NCBI GenBank assembly: GCA_028719265.1
Contig: JAQUKF010000001.1
Span: forward strand, 6,463 to 41,187
Source of the DNA: Candidatus Omnitrophota bacterium
GTDB taxonomy: Bacteria > Omnitrophota > Gorgyraeia > Gygaellales > Profunditerraquicolaceae
Reading direction: 5' to 3'
Length of the DNA: 34,725 bases
The position numbers and the translations under genes are program-made. Below, in pieces: positions 17,762 to 26,800 of this stretch. Positions within the stretch are counted from its first letter, which is position 1. The number at the start of each line of letters is the position of its first letter. The notes below the pieces were generated by a model. It saw nothing but the letters and a program-made list of their open reading frames with translations. It ran no database searches and had not been told where the DNA came from.

Positions 17762-18716
17762 TTTCTAGCTCCATTATTTGCAGCCTGGCGACGGCCTCAG
17801 CCGCCCACTTGCTATCCGCGTAGTTATCTATCAGGTCGTTATAATATATCTTGGCCGACTTAAACTCCCTCTGCTTTTCATAGAACCTGGCGATATCGTA
17901 ATTTGCCTGCGCCTCCTTCTCCCTGATCTGGCCGATGTTCTTTTCGGCATCAAGAGAAAGCACTGCGTCCGGGTGCTCCTTCACGAACTCCTCAAACTGC
18001 TGCTTTGCTTCCTGGGCCGCCCCCTGGTCATAAGAGGGGCCCTTGGAAAGGCTTGAGCGGCAAGAGGCAATCTGGAATCTCGCCGCGGAGGCCCACTCGC
18101 TGTCCGGATAACGGGAAACCACCTTGTTAAATTCGTCCTCCGCCTCGTAATAACGCTTAAGCTCCTTTAATACCAGGCCCAATTTATACTGTGCCCTTGG
18201 CGCCAAGGGGCCATAGGTGGAATTTTCGACTACCTTGCCGAATATCTCGATCGCGGGGTTTTCCACGGGAAGGGTTATGCCGAAGGCCTTGCGTTTTTCT
18301 CCTGTCATGAATTTTTCGGCAATCTTATACTCCCGTTCGATAACCTCCTGGATGCGCTCGCTAAATGGGTATTTATCTATTACCAGCTGATAGGCCTGGT
18401 AAGCTTCGTATAATTTACCCTGAGCCTCCTCTATTAAACCAAGATAATACTGGCTTTCCGCGGCCTCGGCGGATTTAGGATAAGTCTTGATCAGCTTGCG
18501 GAATTCCCGCCTGGCATCTTCGTATTTACTGACATCGAAAAATGATTTTGCGTAAGCAAACTGCTCTTTTGGATTATCTTTAGGCATATTCTTGGGATTG
18601 ACCCATTTGCCGCTTTTTGGGGTCCAAATCCAATACGGATATGCCGGCTGGATAAATAAGATGGAAACAAATAATAGGCTCAATATTATACGACGCATAA
18701 TAGTATAAGGTATCAT
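17751..18716 (-). CDS. bamD: BamD/YfiO-like TPR outer-membrane assembly protein
   Basis: Signal-like N-terminus and tandem TPR-like repeats (YYLGLIEEAQGKLYEAYQAYQLVIDKYPFS, YKLGLVLKELKRYYEAEDEFNKVVSRYPDS). It overlaps lptE by 11 nt. The true start may be the second ATG at 18698 (MRRIILS...). Confidence 0.55.
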   Translation of the reverse strand: MIPYTIMRRIILSLLFVSILFIQPAYPYWIWTPKSGKWVNPKNMPKDNPKEQFAYAKSFFDVSKYEDARREFRKLIKTYPKSAEAAESQYYLGLIEEAQGKLYEAYQAYQLVIDKYPFSERIQEVIEREYKIAEKFMTGEKRKAFGITLPVENPAIEIFGKVVENSTYGPLAPRAQYKLGLVLKELKRYYEAEDEFNKVVSRYPDSEWASAARFQIASCRSSLSKGPSYDQGAAQEAKQQFEEFVKEHPDAVLSLDAEKNIGQIREKEAQANYDIARFYEKQREFKSAKIYYNDLIDNYADSKWAAEAVARLQIMELENEK

Positions 18717-18817
18717 AGCCGGCTGGCTTTGTCAAAGGGAAAACGGGAGGGTATTGTAGCCATACATATCCGGCGTTCCGATATGACGGCTGTGCTATAT
18801 ACGGGTTTTCACAAGGC

Positions 18818-20233
18818 CTAAAAATAGAAATAGGCGCCCGGTATTCTCGCCATTAGGACATTTGTATTCAAAAGCAGGCTTACCAGTGCCGAAGCGGTTG
18901 AGCCAAACGCACTTCCCAGCAAAGGACAAAAAGAACCGCATAAAAGAAGACTGAAGCCGCAGAGGGTAATAAGGGTAGCCAACGGCACAATGAATATGTT
19001 GGCCAGAACGGTTAACGGGGAGACCATGCGGAAGTTACAGGCGATAATCGCTATTGTCCCGGCCCAGGCGGAAAAAGAAACCAGAAACCCCTCGGAAATG
19101 AATTTTAATATGGCCGATCGACAGTTATCCAGGCGCAAAAACGACTTTATCTTCGGGTAAAAATACACGATCGCCAACACGCTGGAAAAAGAAAGCTGGA
19201 AACCGATATCAAAAAGCTGTCCCGGACTAAACAGGAGTATAAACATGGCGGCGCAGGCAAGACAATTATATATATCCGCCTCCCTTTTTATAAGGTATCC
19301 TGCCAAGAATATAATTCCCATAACCGTGGCGCGGACAACAGGATTGCTTGCGCCTGTAACCAGGCAATAAACAAGCAGGCAGATTATCGTAAAGATGATC
19401 CGCATTTTACGGCGGATGCGCACAGTCTTGAACAAGAGATTGGCAACGAATGCCACGATGCCCACGTTGAACCCGCTGACTACCAGTATATGCACGGTCC
19501 CGGACTTGACCATAAGATCATTGACCAGCCAGGGGACGGAATCCTTCTGCCCCAGGACCATGGCTAAAACCACCGCCGCAGGTAATTCGGGAAGATATCG
19601 CCGGATCATCCGCCCCATCCTTTCGCGCAACCATAAGGGAAAAAGGGCGAGGCGATTGCCGTCTTTTCTTTCTTCCGGAATAACCTGTAAACTGCTCTTT
19701 ATGCGCATCAACCGATAAATGCCCTGCCTGTATAAGTACCGCCGGTAGGAACGGCTGGAGGCGGAAAAAGCATGTATTCTGCAAGGCGAACCGATGAGGG
19801 TCAAACGCTGAGCATAATCCAGCTTCTGCGCAAAATCCGTATTTACCAGTATTTTACCGCAAGATGGCCATTTTAAATCTTCGAGCTGTACCTGCCGGAC
19901 TCTAAAAACGAATGAGCTGCGCCCGTTTCTCGTCACCGGGATGCTTTCTACCGACCCGCTCAAGCTGTAAAGGGACTTATCTCCATAAGGCAGGCAATTT
20001 GCGATATGGTATTTGGGCAGTATAAACGAATTCTTCAAGCTCAACGCGCCCAGAAGCAAAGACAGGACAAAAACCAGTATAGTTGTCAGACGCCCGTGCC
20101 TAAAACTTAAACATGCCGCGGTCAGGATAAGAACCCCCGACCCCGAGATTATCCAGAAATCCACCCTCACCCGCTCGGCCAGGGCGATCCCCAGGCAATG
20201 GAATAGTACCAATAAGGCAAACGGCCTCTTCAC
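18818..20233 (-). CDS. comEC: ComEC/Rec2-family DNA internalisation channel lacking the metallo-beta-lactamase domain
   Basis: N-terminal DUF4131-like segment, then the polytopic competence domain with GTVHILVVSGFNVGIV. The ORF ends after the last TM helices. Confidence 0.75.
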   Translation of the reverse strand: MKRPFALLVLFHCLGIALAERVRVDFWIISGSGVLILTAACLSFRHGRLTTILVFVLSLLLGALSLKNSFILPKYHIANCLPYGDKSLYSLSGSVESIPVTRNGRSSFVFRVRQVQLEDLKWPSCGKILVNTDFAQKLDYAQRLTLIGSPCRIHAFSASSRSYRRYLYRQGIYRLMRIKSSLQVIPEERKDGNRLALFPLWLRERMGRMIRRYLPELPAAVVLAMVLGQKDSVPWLVNDLMVKSGTVHILVVSGFNVGIVAFVANLLFKTVRIRRKMRIIFTIICLLVYCLVTGASNPVVRATVMGIIFLAGYLIKREADIYNCLACAAMFILLFSPGQLFDIGFQLSFSSVLAIVYFYPKIKSFLRLDNCRSAILKFISEGFLVSFSAWAGTIAIIACNFRMVSPLTVLANIFIVPLATLITLCGFSLLLCGSFCPLLGSAFGSTASALVSLLLNTNVLMARIPGAYFYF

Positions 20234-20559
20234 TCTACGAAGAAAATTTCTTTTAGCCTTTCATAACGCCGCTCCCCTATTCCCCTCACCTCTTTCAACT
20301 GCTCCAGGCTCCTGAAATCACCGTGTTGCCGGCGGTAGGAGAGAATGCCCTGCGCCAGGTTTTCAGGCATGCATCTTACTTTGATCAACTCCTCCAGGGA
20401 TATTTTATTTAAATCGATCCTGCTTAACTGCATTGGCGGACAGATCATCTTTTTCACTCCGGAGTTAAACTTGGCCAAGATATTCAAGGTTAGGCCGCAG
20501 AAGGCGACAGCCAGGAGAAAAACGGCAACTCTTTTTTCTTCCGGGGTAAAGTCGGACAT
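20230..20559 (-). CDS. comEA: ComEA-type helix-hairpin-helix DNA-binding protein
   Basis: One TM helix plus C-terminal HhH (LEQLKEVRGIGERRYERLKE). The start is ATG 20559, preceded by GGAGGG. It overlaps comEC by 4 nt. Confidence 0.75.
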   Translation of the reverse strand: MSDFTPEEKRVAVFLLAVAFCGLTLNILAKFNSGVKKMICPPMQLSRIDLNKISLEELIKVRCMPENLAQGILSYRRQHGDFRSLEQLKEVRGIGERRYERLKEIFFVE

Positions 20560-20618
20560 CGCACCCTCCTCACCTTCAATAGACGTCAAAACTCATGGAA
20601 CCTAACTGAAATGCCCGG

Positions 20619-20647
20619 TTGTATTCCGTATTTTTTTGATGTATACT
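20619..20647 (+). promoter_or_regulatory. Putative promoter of the response-regulator gene, positioned for a leaderless transcript
   Basis: TTGTAT (20619-20624), a 17-nt spacer, TATACT (20642-20647), then TGATTC, then ATG (20654). No SD. Confidence 0.45.
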
Positions 20648-20653
20648 TGATTC

Positions 20654-21022
20654 ATGCCCAAGAAAATACTGATTATTGACGATGACTATAATATCGTCAA
20701 GAAAAGCAGGGAAGAGTTGTTGAAAGCAGGTTATGCGGTAGCAACTGCCTTCAACGGCAGGGACGGGATAGAGACGCTAAAGCAAGAAAAACCGGACTGC
20801 ATCCTGTTAGACCTGGTCCTGCCCGACGAGAGCGGGTTCAGGATCGCTCAAGAGATAAAAGCCATCCCGGATTTCACCGAAACTCCTATTATCGCCACTT
20901 CGCTAAAGCATGAAGAGATCGACAAACACATCGCCGCAAAAAGCGGGATCACCGTATATATTGAAAAACCCATAGATTACAAACGGCTGCTTTTCGATAT
21001 TAAAGACGTGCTGGGAGTATAA
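20654..21022 (+). CDS. Stand-alone receiver-domain response regulator (CheY-like)
   Basis: 122 aa with acidic pocket IIDDD, phospho-acceptor context ILLDLVLPD, and a conserved T/S and K (IEKP). No output domain. Confidence 0.85.
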   Translation: MPKKILIIDDDYNIVKKSREELLKAGYAVATAFNGRDGIETLKQEKPDCILLDLVLPDESGFRIAQEIKAIPDFTETPIIATSLKHEEIDKHIAAKSGITVYIEKPIDYKRLLFDIKDVLGV

Positions 21023-21042
21023 TAGCCGTAGCCGGCGGAGGA

Positions 21043-23439
21043 TTATACGACAATATTGACCAGTTTCTGAGGAACGACGATGACCTTCCTGGGGCTCTTG
21101 CCGCCCAGCCAGGGACCCAGCTTCTCATCTTTGAGCGCCAGCTCCTTAAGTTCGGCTTCGGGGATATTGCGGGACACCTTAAGCTTGCTGCGCACCTTAC
21201 CGTTAACCTGAATTACCAACTCTATATTTTCTTCGATCAATAATTCCGGGTCATAGCCGGGCCAGGAGGATTTAAAAATACTTTCTTTATTGCCCAGGGT
21301 CTGCCAGAGCTCTTCGGCAAAATGCGGAACGATCGGGCTAAGCATAGTTATAAGTTTAGAGAAAACATCCCTGTCCGCGCCAGATTGATAAATCGCGTTG
21401 GTAAATTCCATAAGACTGGCGATGGCGGTATTGAACTTGAAATCATTGAAATCTTCACTCACCTTCTTCACCGTCTTATGCATGGTCTTTACCAAAGACC
21501 TATCCGCCTTTTCCTTCAGGTTTTCCTGTATGCGCCATACGCGGTTCAGGAACCTGAAAGCCCCTTCCAGTCCCTTCCGGTCCCATTCCAGTTCGGTTTC
21601 CGGGGGAGCGGCGAACAAAATGAAGAGGCGCAGGGCGTCCGCCCCGTATTCCTTGATCATCGAATCAGGATCCACGATATTACCCCTGGACTTGGACATG
21701 ACCTCTCCGTCCTTGAGCACCATACCCTGTGTGAGCAGTTTCTCAAATGGCTCATCGAAATCCACCATTTTCAGGTCCTGGAAGAATTTGGTGAAGAAAC
21801 GTGAGTACAACAGGTGCAGGATAGCGTGCTCTATCCCGCCGATGTACTGGTCCACGCGCATCCAGTATTTGGCCTCCTGCACGTCGAAAGCGGAATCGCC
21901 GTATGCAGGAGAACAAAACCTCAGGAAATACCAGGAGGAATCGAAGAAAGTGGCCATAGTATCCGTCTCCCGCCTGGCCTCTCCCGAACAACGCGGACAT
22001 TTTACTTGTACGAATTCCTTCACTTTCCCCAGCGGGCTCCCGCCGTCCCCGGTAAAAGGCGCGTCTTTCGGCAGCTCCACCGGCAACTCTTCGTACGGCA
22101 CCGGGACAATCCCGCATTTAGGGCAGTAGATTACGGGAATAGGCGTACCCCAAAAACGCTGCCTGGAAATCAACCAGTCACGTAAACGCCAATGCGTCTG
22201 GATCTTGCCGGTCCCCTTTTTCTCCATCCAAACAGCGATCTTTTCCTTCGCCTCCAGGTTGGTTAACCCGTTGAACTCGGCGGAATTCACCTGGACCCCC
22301 TCCCCTTCGTATGCCTCAGACATCTCCTCAACTCTCATGCCGCAGCCCTTCGGAGAAATAACCAGGCGCATAGGCAATTTATGCTCTTTGGCAAAAAGAA
22401 AATCCCTCTGGTCGTGCGTGGGAACAGCCATGATCGCTCCTGTTCCATATTCCATCAAAACGTAATCCGCAACCCATACCGGGATATCCTCGTTGTTCAC
22501 CGGGTTAACCGCGAAAGCGCCGGTAAAAACACCTTCTTTCTTTACGTCGCCGGCCGTACGTACAACCTTGCTTTCTTTGGATACCTTTTCGATAAAACGC
22601 AGCGCCTCTTTTTCTTCGGGCTTGCCTTTAATCAGCTCTTTTACGAGTGGATGCTCCGGGGCCAGGACAATGTAAGTGGCGCCGAAGATCGTATCCACGC
22701 GGGTGGTAAAAACAGGTACTACCTCATCCCTGCCTTTCAGCCGGAAATAGATATCTACGCCTGCGGACTTACCGATCCAGTTGTTCTGCATGGCCAAAAC
22801 CCGCTCCGGCCACTGTTTCAATTTTCCCAAATCCTCCAGCAGTCTTTCTTTATAGTCGGTGATCTTCAAATACCACTGTTCCAGGTCTTTTTGTTCTACT
22901 TTGGTATGGCACCTCCAACAGCCGCCGTCAACAACCTCCTCATTGGCCAGGGTAGTCTGACAGCTGGGACACCAGTTAACTCCGGAGGCCCTCTTATAGG
23001 CCAGGCCGCGCTCCAGCATTTTCAGGAATATCCACTGGTTCCATTTATAATAGCTGCTGTCACAGGTAGAGATTTCCCTGTCCCAATCATATGAAAAACC
23101 CATCCTTTTCAACTCCGTTTCCATCTCTTTGATACATTTATAGGTCCAGACATCCGGTTTGGTCTTGTTTTTTATCGCCGCGTTCTCCGCCGGCTGGCCA
23201 AAGGCATCAAAACCCATAGGGTGCATCACATTGTATCCCTGCAAGAGCTTGAAACGGCTGGCAACATCTCCGATGGTATAATTACGCACATGCCCCATAT
23301 GGATCTTGCCCGAAGGATACGGGAACATCTCAAGAAGATAATATTTCCTGCGTCCGGGATCGGCCTGCGCGCGGAAGGCGCAGGTATCCTGCCATATCTT
23401 CTGCCACTTCTCTTCTATTTTCTTGAAATCATAAAACAT
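21043..23439 (-). CDS. leuS: Leucine--tRNA ligase
   Basis: 798 aa with the HIGH-type motif ([13 protein letters not shown]), the KMSKS-type motif (VMSKSRGN), and CxxC/CxxC zinc knuckles in the editing/insert regions. Confidence 0.97.
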   Translation of the reverse strand: MFYDFKKIEEKWQKIWQDTCAFRAQADPGRRKYYLLEMFPYPSGKIHMGHVRNYTIGDVASRFKLLQGYNVMHPMGFDAFGQPAENAAIKNKTKPDVWTYKCIKEMETELKRMGFSYDWDREISTCDSSYYKWNQWIFLKMLERGLAYKRASGVNWCPSCQTTLANEEVVDGGCWRCHTKVEQKDLEQWYLKITDYKERLLEDLGKLKQWPERVLAMQNNWIGKSAGVDIYFRLKGRDEVVPVFTTRVDTIFGATYIVLAPEHPLVKELIKGKPEEKEALRFIEKVSKESKVVRTAGDVKKEGVFTGAFAVNPVNNEDIPVWVADYVLMEYGTGAIMAVPTHDQRDFLFAKEHKLPMRLVISPKGCGMRVEEMSEAYEGEGVQVNSAEFNGLTNLEAKEKIAVWMEKKGTGKIQTHWRLRDWLISRQRFWGTPIPVIYCPKCGIVPVPYEELPVELPKDAPFTGDGGSPLGKVKEFVQVKCPRCSGEARRETDTMATFFDSSWYFLRFCSPAYGDSAFDVQEAKYWMRVDQYIGGIEHAILHLLYSRFFTKFFQDLKMVDFDEPFEKLLTQGMVLKDGEVMSKSRGNIVDPDSMIKEYGADALRLFILFAAPPETELEWDRKGLEGAFRFLNRVWRIQENLKEKADRSLVKTMHKTVKKVSEDFNDFKFNTAIASLMEFTNAIYQSGADRDVFSKLITMLSPIVPHFAEELWQTLGNKESIFKSSWPGYDPELLIEENIELVIQVNGKVRSKLKVSRNIPEAELKELALKDEKLGPWLGGKSPRKVIVVPQKLVNIVV

Positions 23440-23440
23440 T

Positions 23441-24289
23441 TTATTTACTCCCCAACTTCCTTACCAGCGCCAGGTTCTCCTTGTCGCTGGTCGCGGTGCT
23501 CTTTGGCGTCTCCAGGATCATAGGGATATTCTTCAGCTTGGGATGATTTATTATCCTCTTCATCCCGGAAATCCCTATATGCCCTTTGCCTATGTGGTCA
23601 TGCCGGTCATGATGACAACCCAGTTCCCCGGCTGCGTCGTTGAGATGGATCAGCTTGACCAGCTTAAGGCCGGCCATCTCCTCGATCTCCCCGAGCATCC
23701 TCTCCAGCCCTTCTCTGGTCGCCAGGTTATAACCTGCCAGATAGGCATGCGCTGTATCCAAACATAAACCCACGCGGGATTTTTCTTTCAATCCCTTCAA
23801 TATCTTGTGCTGGTGATAAAACCTGTAGCCCAGCCAGGAGCCGCTTCCGGAAGTATTCTCCAATAGTATGCCGACTTTCGAACCTTTTGTCTCATCTAAT
23901 ACCTTATCCAAGGCCTTAACCAGCCTTTTGATCCCGGCATCCTCAGAAGTCTCCTTGTGGCTACCCATGTGCGTGACGATATAATCCGCTCCCAGCTCAT
24001 CGGCCTCCCGGATATCCTCTATATATGCATGGATGGAGCCGTTATACAGCCGGGGGTCGGGAGAGGCCAGGTTTATCAGGTAAGAAATATGGATAAAAAC
24101 AGGGTTGATCTTATATCTCTTGCGCCTGGCCCTGAACTCGGTTATGTCATCGGGCTTAAGATGGCTGCCGTTGCGCCAACTCTGCGGAGAACGGCTGAAT
24201 ATCTGCATGGTATCGCATCCTAAGGATTTTGCGATATCCAGCGTCTGATAAATCTTCCCCGCTCCCGAAATATGCCCGCCTAATATCAT
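23441..24289 (-). CDS. nfo: Endonuclease IV (AP endonuclease family 2)
   Basis: TIM-barrel Nfo blocks: [38 protein letters not shown] and [10 protein letters not shown]. Confidence 0.9.
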   Translation of the reverse strand: MILGGHISGAGKIYQTLDIAKSLGCDTMQIFSRSPQSWRNGSHLKPDDITEFRARRKRYKINPVFIHISYLINLASPDPRLYNGSIHAYIEDIREADELGADYIVTHMGSHKETSEDAGIKRLVKALDKVLDETKGSKVGILLENTSGSGSWLGYRFYHQHKILKGLKEKSRVGLCLDTAHAYLAGYNLATREGLERMLGEIEEMAGLKLVKLIHLNDAAGELGCHHDRHDHIGKGHIGISGMKRIINHPKLKNIPMILETPKSTATSDKENLALVRKLGSK

Positions 24290-24299
24290 GGTAAATTAG

Positions 24300-24328
24300 A
24301 TTATACCCTTGCCCCAAATCAGCGTCAA
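24300..24328 (-). promoter_or_regulatory. Near-consensus sigma70 promoter of nfo-leuS
   Basis: Minus strand reads TTGACG (24328..24323), a 17-nt spacer, TATAAT (24305..24300), then CTAATTTACC, then ATG (24289). Confidence 0.6.
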
Positions 24329-24380
24329 CAACTTATAAAACGTGGTCATAATATAACCCGGCAATAAATATGCCTGCCTT

Positions 24381-24410
24381 AAAAGCATAAAGGACGGATC
24401 TCATCCGCCC
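24381..24410 (-). terminator. Rho-independent terminator ending the tRNA-Ala transcript
   Basis: Minus strand reads GGGCGGAT-GAG-ATCCGTCC (8 bp with one G-U) followed by TTTATGCTTTT. Confidence 0.55.
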
Positions 24411-24507
24411 CCTGCCGAAGAATTTGGTGACACTACGCTCACTGTTCGGCTTGCCGCCTCGCTACGTTCGCTTTAGTGCCACCAAAAATTTACTTGTCGT
24501 AAATTTT

Positions 24508-24583
24508 TGGTGGAGCTGAGGAGGATTGAACTCCTGACCCCTTGCATGCCATGCAAGTGCTCTCCCAGCTGAGCTACAGCCCC
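24508..24583 (-). tRNA. tRNA-Ala (anticodon GGC), CCA encoded
   Basis: The reverse complement folds as GGGGCTG/TA/GCTC-AGCTGGGA-GAGC/A/CTTGC-ATGGCAT-GCAAG/GGGTC/AGGAG-TTCAATC-CTCCT/CAGCTCC-A-CCA. The G3:U70 alanine identity pair is present. Confidence 0.95.
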
Positions 24584-24598
24584 GTTAAATTTATCTTC

Positions 24599-24627
24599 TT
24601 GACCTTTGCTATTTTAGAATATAAAAT
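24599..24627 (+). promoter_or_regulatory. Candidate promoter for tRNA-Leu
   Basis: TTGACC (24599-24604), a 17-nt spacer, TAAAAT (24622-24627). This predicts a leader of about 70 nt. Confidence 0.45.
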
Positions 24628-24639
24628 GCTTAACGTCAA
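24611..24639 (-). promoter_or_regulatory. Candidate proximal promoter for tRNA-Ala
   Basis: Minus strand reads TTGACG (24639..24634), a 17-nt spacer, TAAAAT (24616..24611). This predicts a leader of about 20 nt. Confidence 0.45.
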
Positions 24640-24663
24640 CCCCGTTGGAAATACAATAAAACA

Positions 24664-24691
24664 ATAATAGCATAATTTCTAACGGGGTCAA
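24664..24691 (-). promoter_or_regulatory. Candidate distal promoter for tRNA-Ala
   Basis: Minus strand reads TTGACC (24691..24686), a 16-nt spacer, TATTAT (24669..24664). Confidence 0.3.
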
Positions 24692-24704
24692 CCTAAAAAT
24701 CTCT

Positions 24705-24787
24705 GCCGAAGTGGTGGAATGGCATACACGTCGGTCTCAAAAACCGATGAGGGCAACCTCGTAAGGGTTCAACTCCCTTCTTCGGCA
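24705..24787 (+). tRNA. tRNA-Leu (anticodon CAA), class II with long variable arm, CCA not encoded
   Basis: Acceptor GCCGAAG/CTTCGGC plus discriminator A. Anticodon arm TCGGT-CTCAAAA-ACCGA. Variable arm GAGG-GCAA-CCTC. T arm AAGGG-TTCAACT-CCCTT. Confidence 0.9.
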
Positions 24788-24802
24788 CAATATAAATAAA
24801 AT

Positions 24803-24842
24803 GGCCGCATATGGTTCCTAAAAGACACCTGCGGCCTTTTTA
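24803..24842. terminator. Bidirectional terminator between tRNA-Leu and feoB
   Basis: GGCCGCA (24803-24809) pairs with TGCGGCC (24830-24836). It is followed by TTTTTA on the plus strand and by ATTTTATTTAT on the minus strand. The loop is large (20 nt). Confidence 0.5.
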
Positions 24843-26579
24843 TTAATGGATAAGGAAATTTAGCAGTCCTCCGGTAGCCAGGGCCACCAAACACATAATC
24901 ATGCTCGCCTTGAGCAGGTCCTTGAAGCCGAGCTCCTTAAAGAAAACCACGAATGTCGCTGCGCAGGGAAAGGACACCGCCAGGAGCACGGCGGCGATAA
25001 AAAGCTGTTTGACGCTCAAAGCCAGCGGTATAAGCATTCCTACCGCCACATCCTTACGGAATAACCCCATCACCAGGGCAACCACCGCCTCCTTGGGCAA
25101 ACCGAATAATCCCTGGACCACCGGCTCAAACAACCCGGTGAATAAACCAAACAGCTTAAAATAAAGCAGGACATTGATTATCAAGACTCCCAAAAGGACC
25201 AGAGGCGCCGCCTCAATAATAAAACCTTTGATACGCAGAAACAATTTCTTCCACAGGGTGGAGAATGAAGGCAGGCGGTACGGAGGGATCTCAACCAGGA
25301 GCTCCGGGCTGTATCCCTTGACCGTATGGTTAAGGATTACTCCCAACACCACCCAGATAACCAGGAGCACAAGATATACCCCGGATACGTAAAACCCGGA
25401 TGACTTTCCCAACAGGCCGAAGATCATCGCCTGGAGGGCTACGCAAGGGATACCGATGGAAATCAACGTAGCGGCAATAAAGCGCTCACGCCTGGATTCC
25501 AGGTTACGCGTGGCCAGTATGCCAGGGACATTGCAGCCCAGTCCCAGGAGCACCGGTATAATCGCAAAACCATGCAGCCCGATGTGATGCAGGAGATTAT
25601 CCAAAAGCATTGCCAACCGCGGCAGGATCCCGATATCCTCCAGCAGCCCCAAAACCAGATAAAAGGCAACTATATAAGGCAGGACCATGGCAAACTCTAT
25701 ATAGGGCGCGGTGGTCAACAGTCCCAGAGACTGCTTGAAGTCGATTCTGCCGTCGACCAGATCCCCGATCAACAGATGATGTAGAAAGCTTCCCGGCCGC
25801 AAGGCCAGGCTTAACTTATCCAGAAAGGGCTGATAAAAATTAACAAATACAGGGTCGGCGATCAAATTGATCAAGCCTTCACCTATAAAACGTACTATCT
25901 TGAACGCGGCAAAAATAACGCCCGCGGCGATCAGCGCCCCGCTGAACGGCCTTACAGAGGCGTCCTCCAGCAGCTCGCGCAGGCTATGGTGCCTATGCGT
26001 CAAGTGCTGCGCTTTCTCGACAATCTCACCGATCGCCTGCCAGCGTTCCCGGTGGCTTATTTTGGGCCTGGAGACAATCTTTACGTTTTCTATCTTTTCA
26101 ATAAGCGCTTTTATGCCTAAACCTGTTACCGCGCAAGTGGGGACGACCGGAATCCCGAGCGCCTCTCCCAAAAGCGCCGTATCTATGCTTACACCGTGGT
26201 GTTTGGCCTCATCGCACATATTCAGGCATACCACTACCGGCAGGCCGGTCTCAAGCAGTTGTAAAGTCAAGTACAGGTTGCGCTCCAGATTAGTGGAATC
26301 CACTATGTTTATAACAGCTATCTCCTCTTTGGAGGATTCGTTGAGCATCGATACAACAACTTCCTCCGCCTTGGAACCCGGCTCAAGAGAATATGTGCCC
26401 GGAAGGTCGATAACCTCGAATTCCTGCCTGCCGAGCTTAAGGAACCCGCGCATGATCTCAACCGTAGTACCGGCATAGTTGGAAGAGATAACCTGCACCC
26501 CTGTCAGGCGCGAGAATATCACGCTTTTGCCGACATTCGGATTTCCCACCAGGAAGATCTTTTTAATCATGTACCTCAA
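24843..26579 (-). CDS. feoB: Ferrous iron transporter FeoB
   Basis: N-terminal G domain (GNPNVGKS, DLPGTYS, NMCD) followed by a polytopic membrane domain. Confidence 0.92.
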   Translation of the reverse strand: MRYMIKKIFLVGNPNVGKSVIFSRLTGVQVISSNYAGTTVEIMRGFLKLGRQEFEVIDLPGTYSLEPGSKAEEVVVSMLNESSKEEIAVINIVDSTNLERNLYLTLQLLETGLPVVVCLNMCDEAKHHGVSIDTALLGEALGIPVVPTCAVTGLGIKALIEKIENVKIVSRPKISHRERWQAIGEIVEKAQHLTHRHHSLRELLEDASVRPFSGALIAAGVIFAAFKIVRFIGEGLINLIADPVFVNFYQPFLDKLSLALRPGSFLHHLLIGDLVDGRIDFKQSLGLLTTAPYIEFAMVLPYIVAFYLVLGLLEDIGILPRLAMLLDNLLHHIGLHGFAIIPVLLGLGCNVPGILATRNLESRRERFIAATLISIGIPCVALQAMIFGLLGKSSGFYVSGVYLVLLVIWVVLGVILNHTVKGYSPELLVEIPPYRLPSFSTLWKKLFLRIKGFIIEAAPLVLLGVLIINVLLYFKLFGLFTGLFEPVVQGLFGLPKEAVVALVMGLFRKDVAVGMLIPLALSVKQLFIAAVLLAVSFPCAATFVVFFKELGFKDLLKASMIMCLVALATGGLLNFLIH

Positions 26580-26799
26580 CCTCTATTTTACTCGCCACTC
26601 CGTGACCCAGGACCAGGACGCTCCTGCCAACCTTGATCGCCACCGGACCCCTTAGGCCGACATGGCTGATCTTAACGATCTCCCGTCCTTTATAAACCCC
26701 CATGCTCATAAGCTTATTCTGCAGCCCCATGCCCGCGGCAATCTCGAAAACCACCCCTTTTCGATTAGCCTTCATCTGAGCCAAAGTTGTCTTTTTCAT
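26563..26799 (-). CDS. feoA: FeoA-family protein
   Basis: 78-aa SH3-like FeoA pattern (L..M..G..G.V..I...G......L..MG...G..I). It overlaps feoB by 17 nt. Confidence 0.8.
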   Translation of the reverse strand: MKKTTLAQMKANRKGVVFEIAAGMGLQNKLMSMGVYKGREIVKISHVGLRGPVAIKVGRSVLVLGHGVASKIEVEVHD

Positions 26800-26800
26800 T

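Noticed and set aside
24336-24407. 23-codon minus-strand ORF (MRSVLYAFKAGIFIAGLYYDHVL) in the tRNA-nfo spacer.
   Set aside because: It has no SD, it starts inside the terminator hairpin, and it runs into the region just upstream of the nfo promoter. It is most likely a chance ORF.
24415-24516. Short repeat of the tRNA-Ala 3' end (TTTGGTG at ~24424-24430 and ~24506-24512), considered as an att-like scar of an integrated element.
   Set aside because: Only about 7-8 nt match, no integrase or foreign-looking genes flank the tRNA, and the repeat is better explained as part of the hairpin arms.
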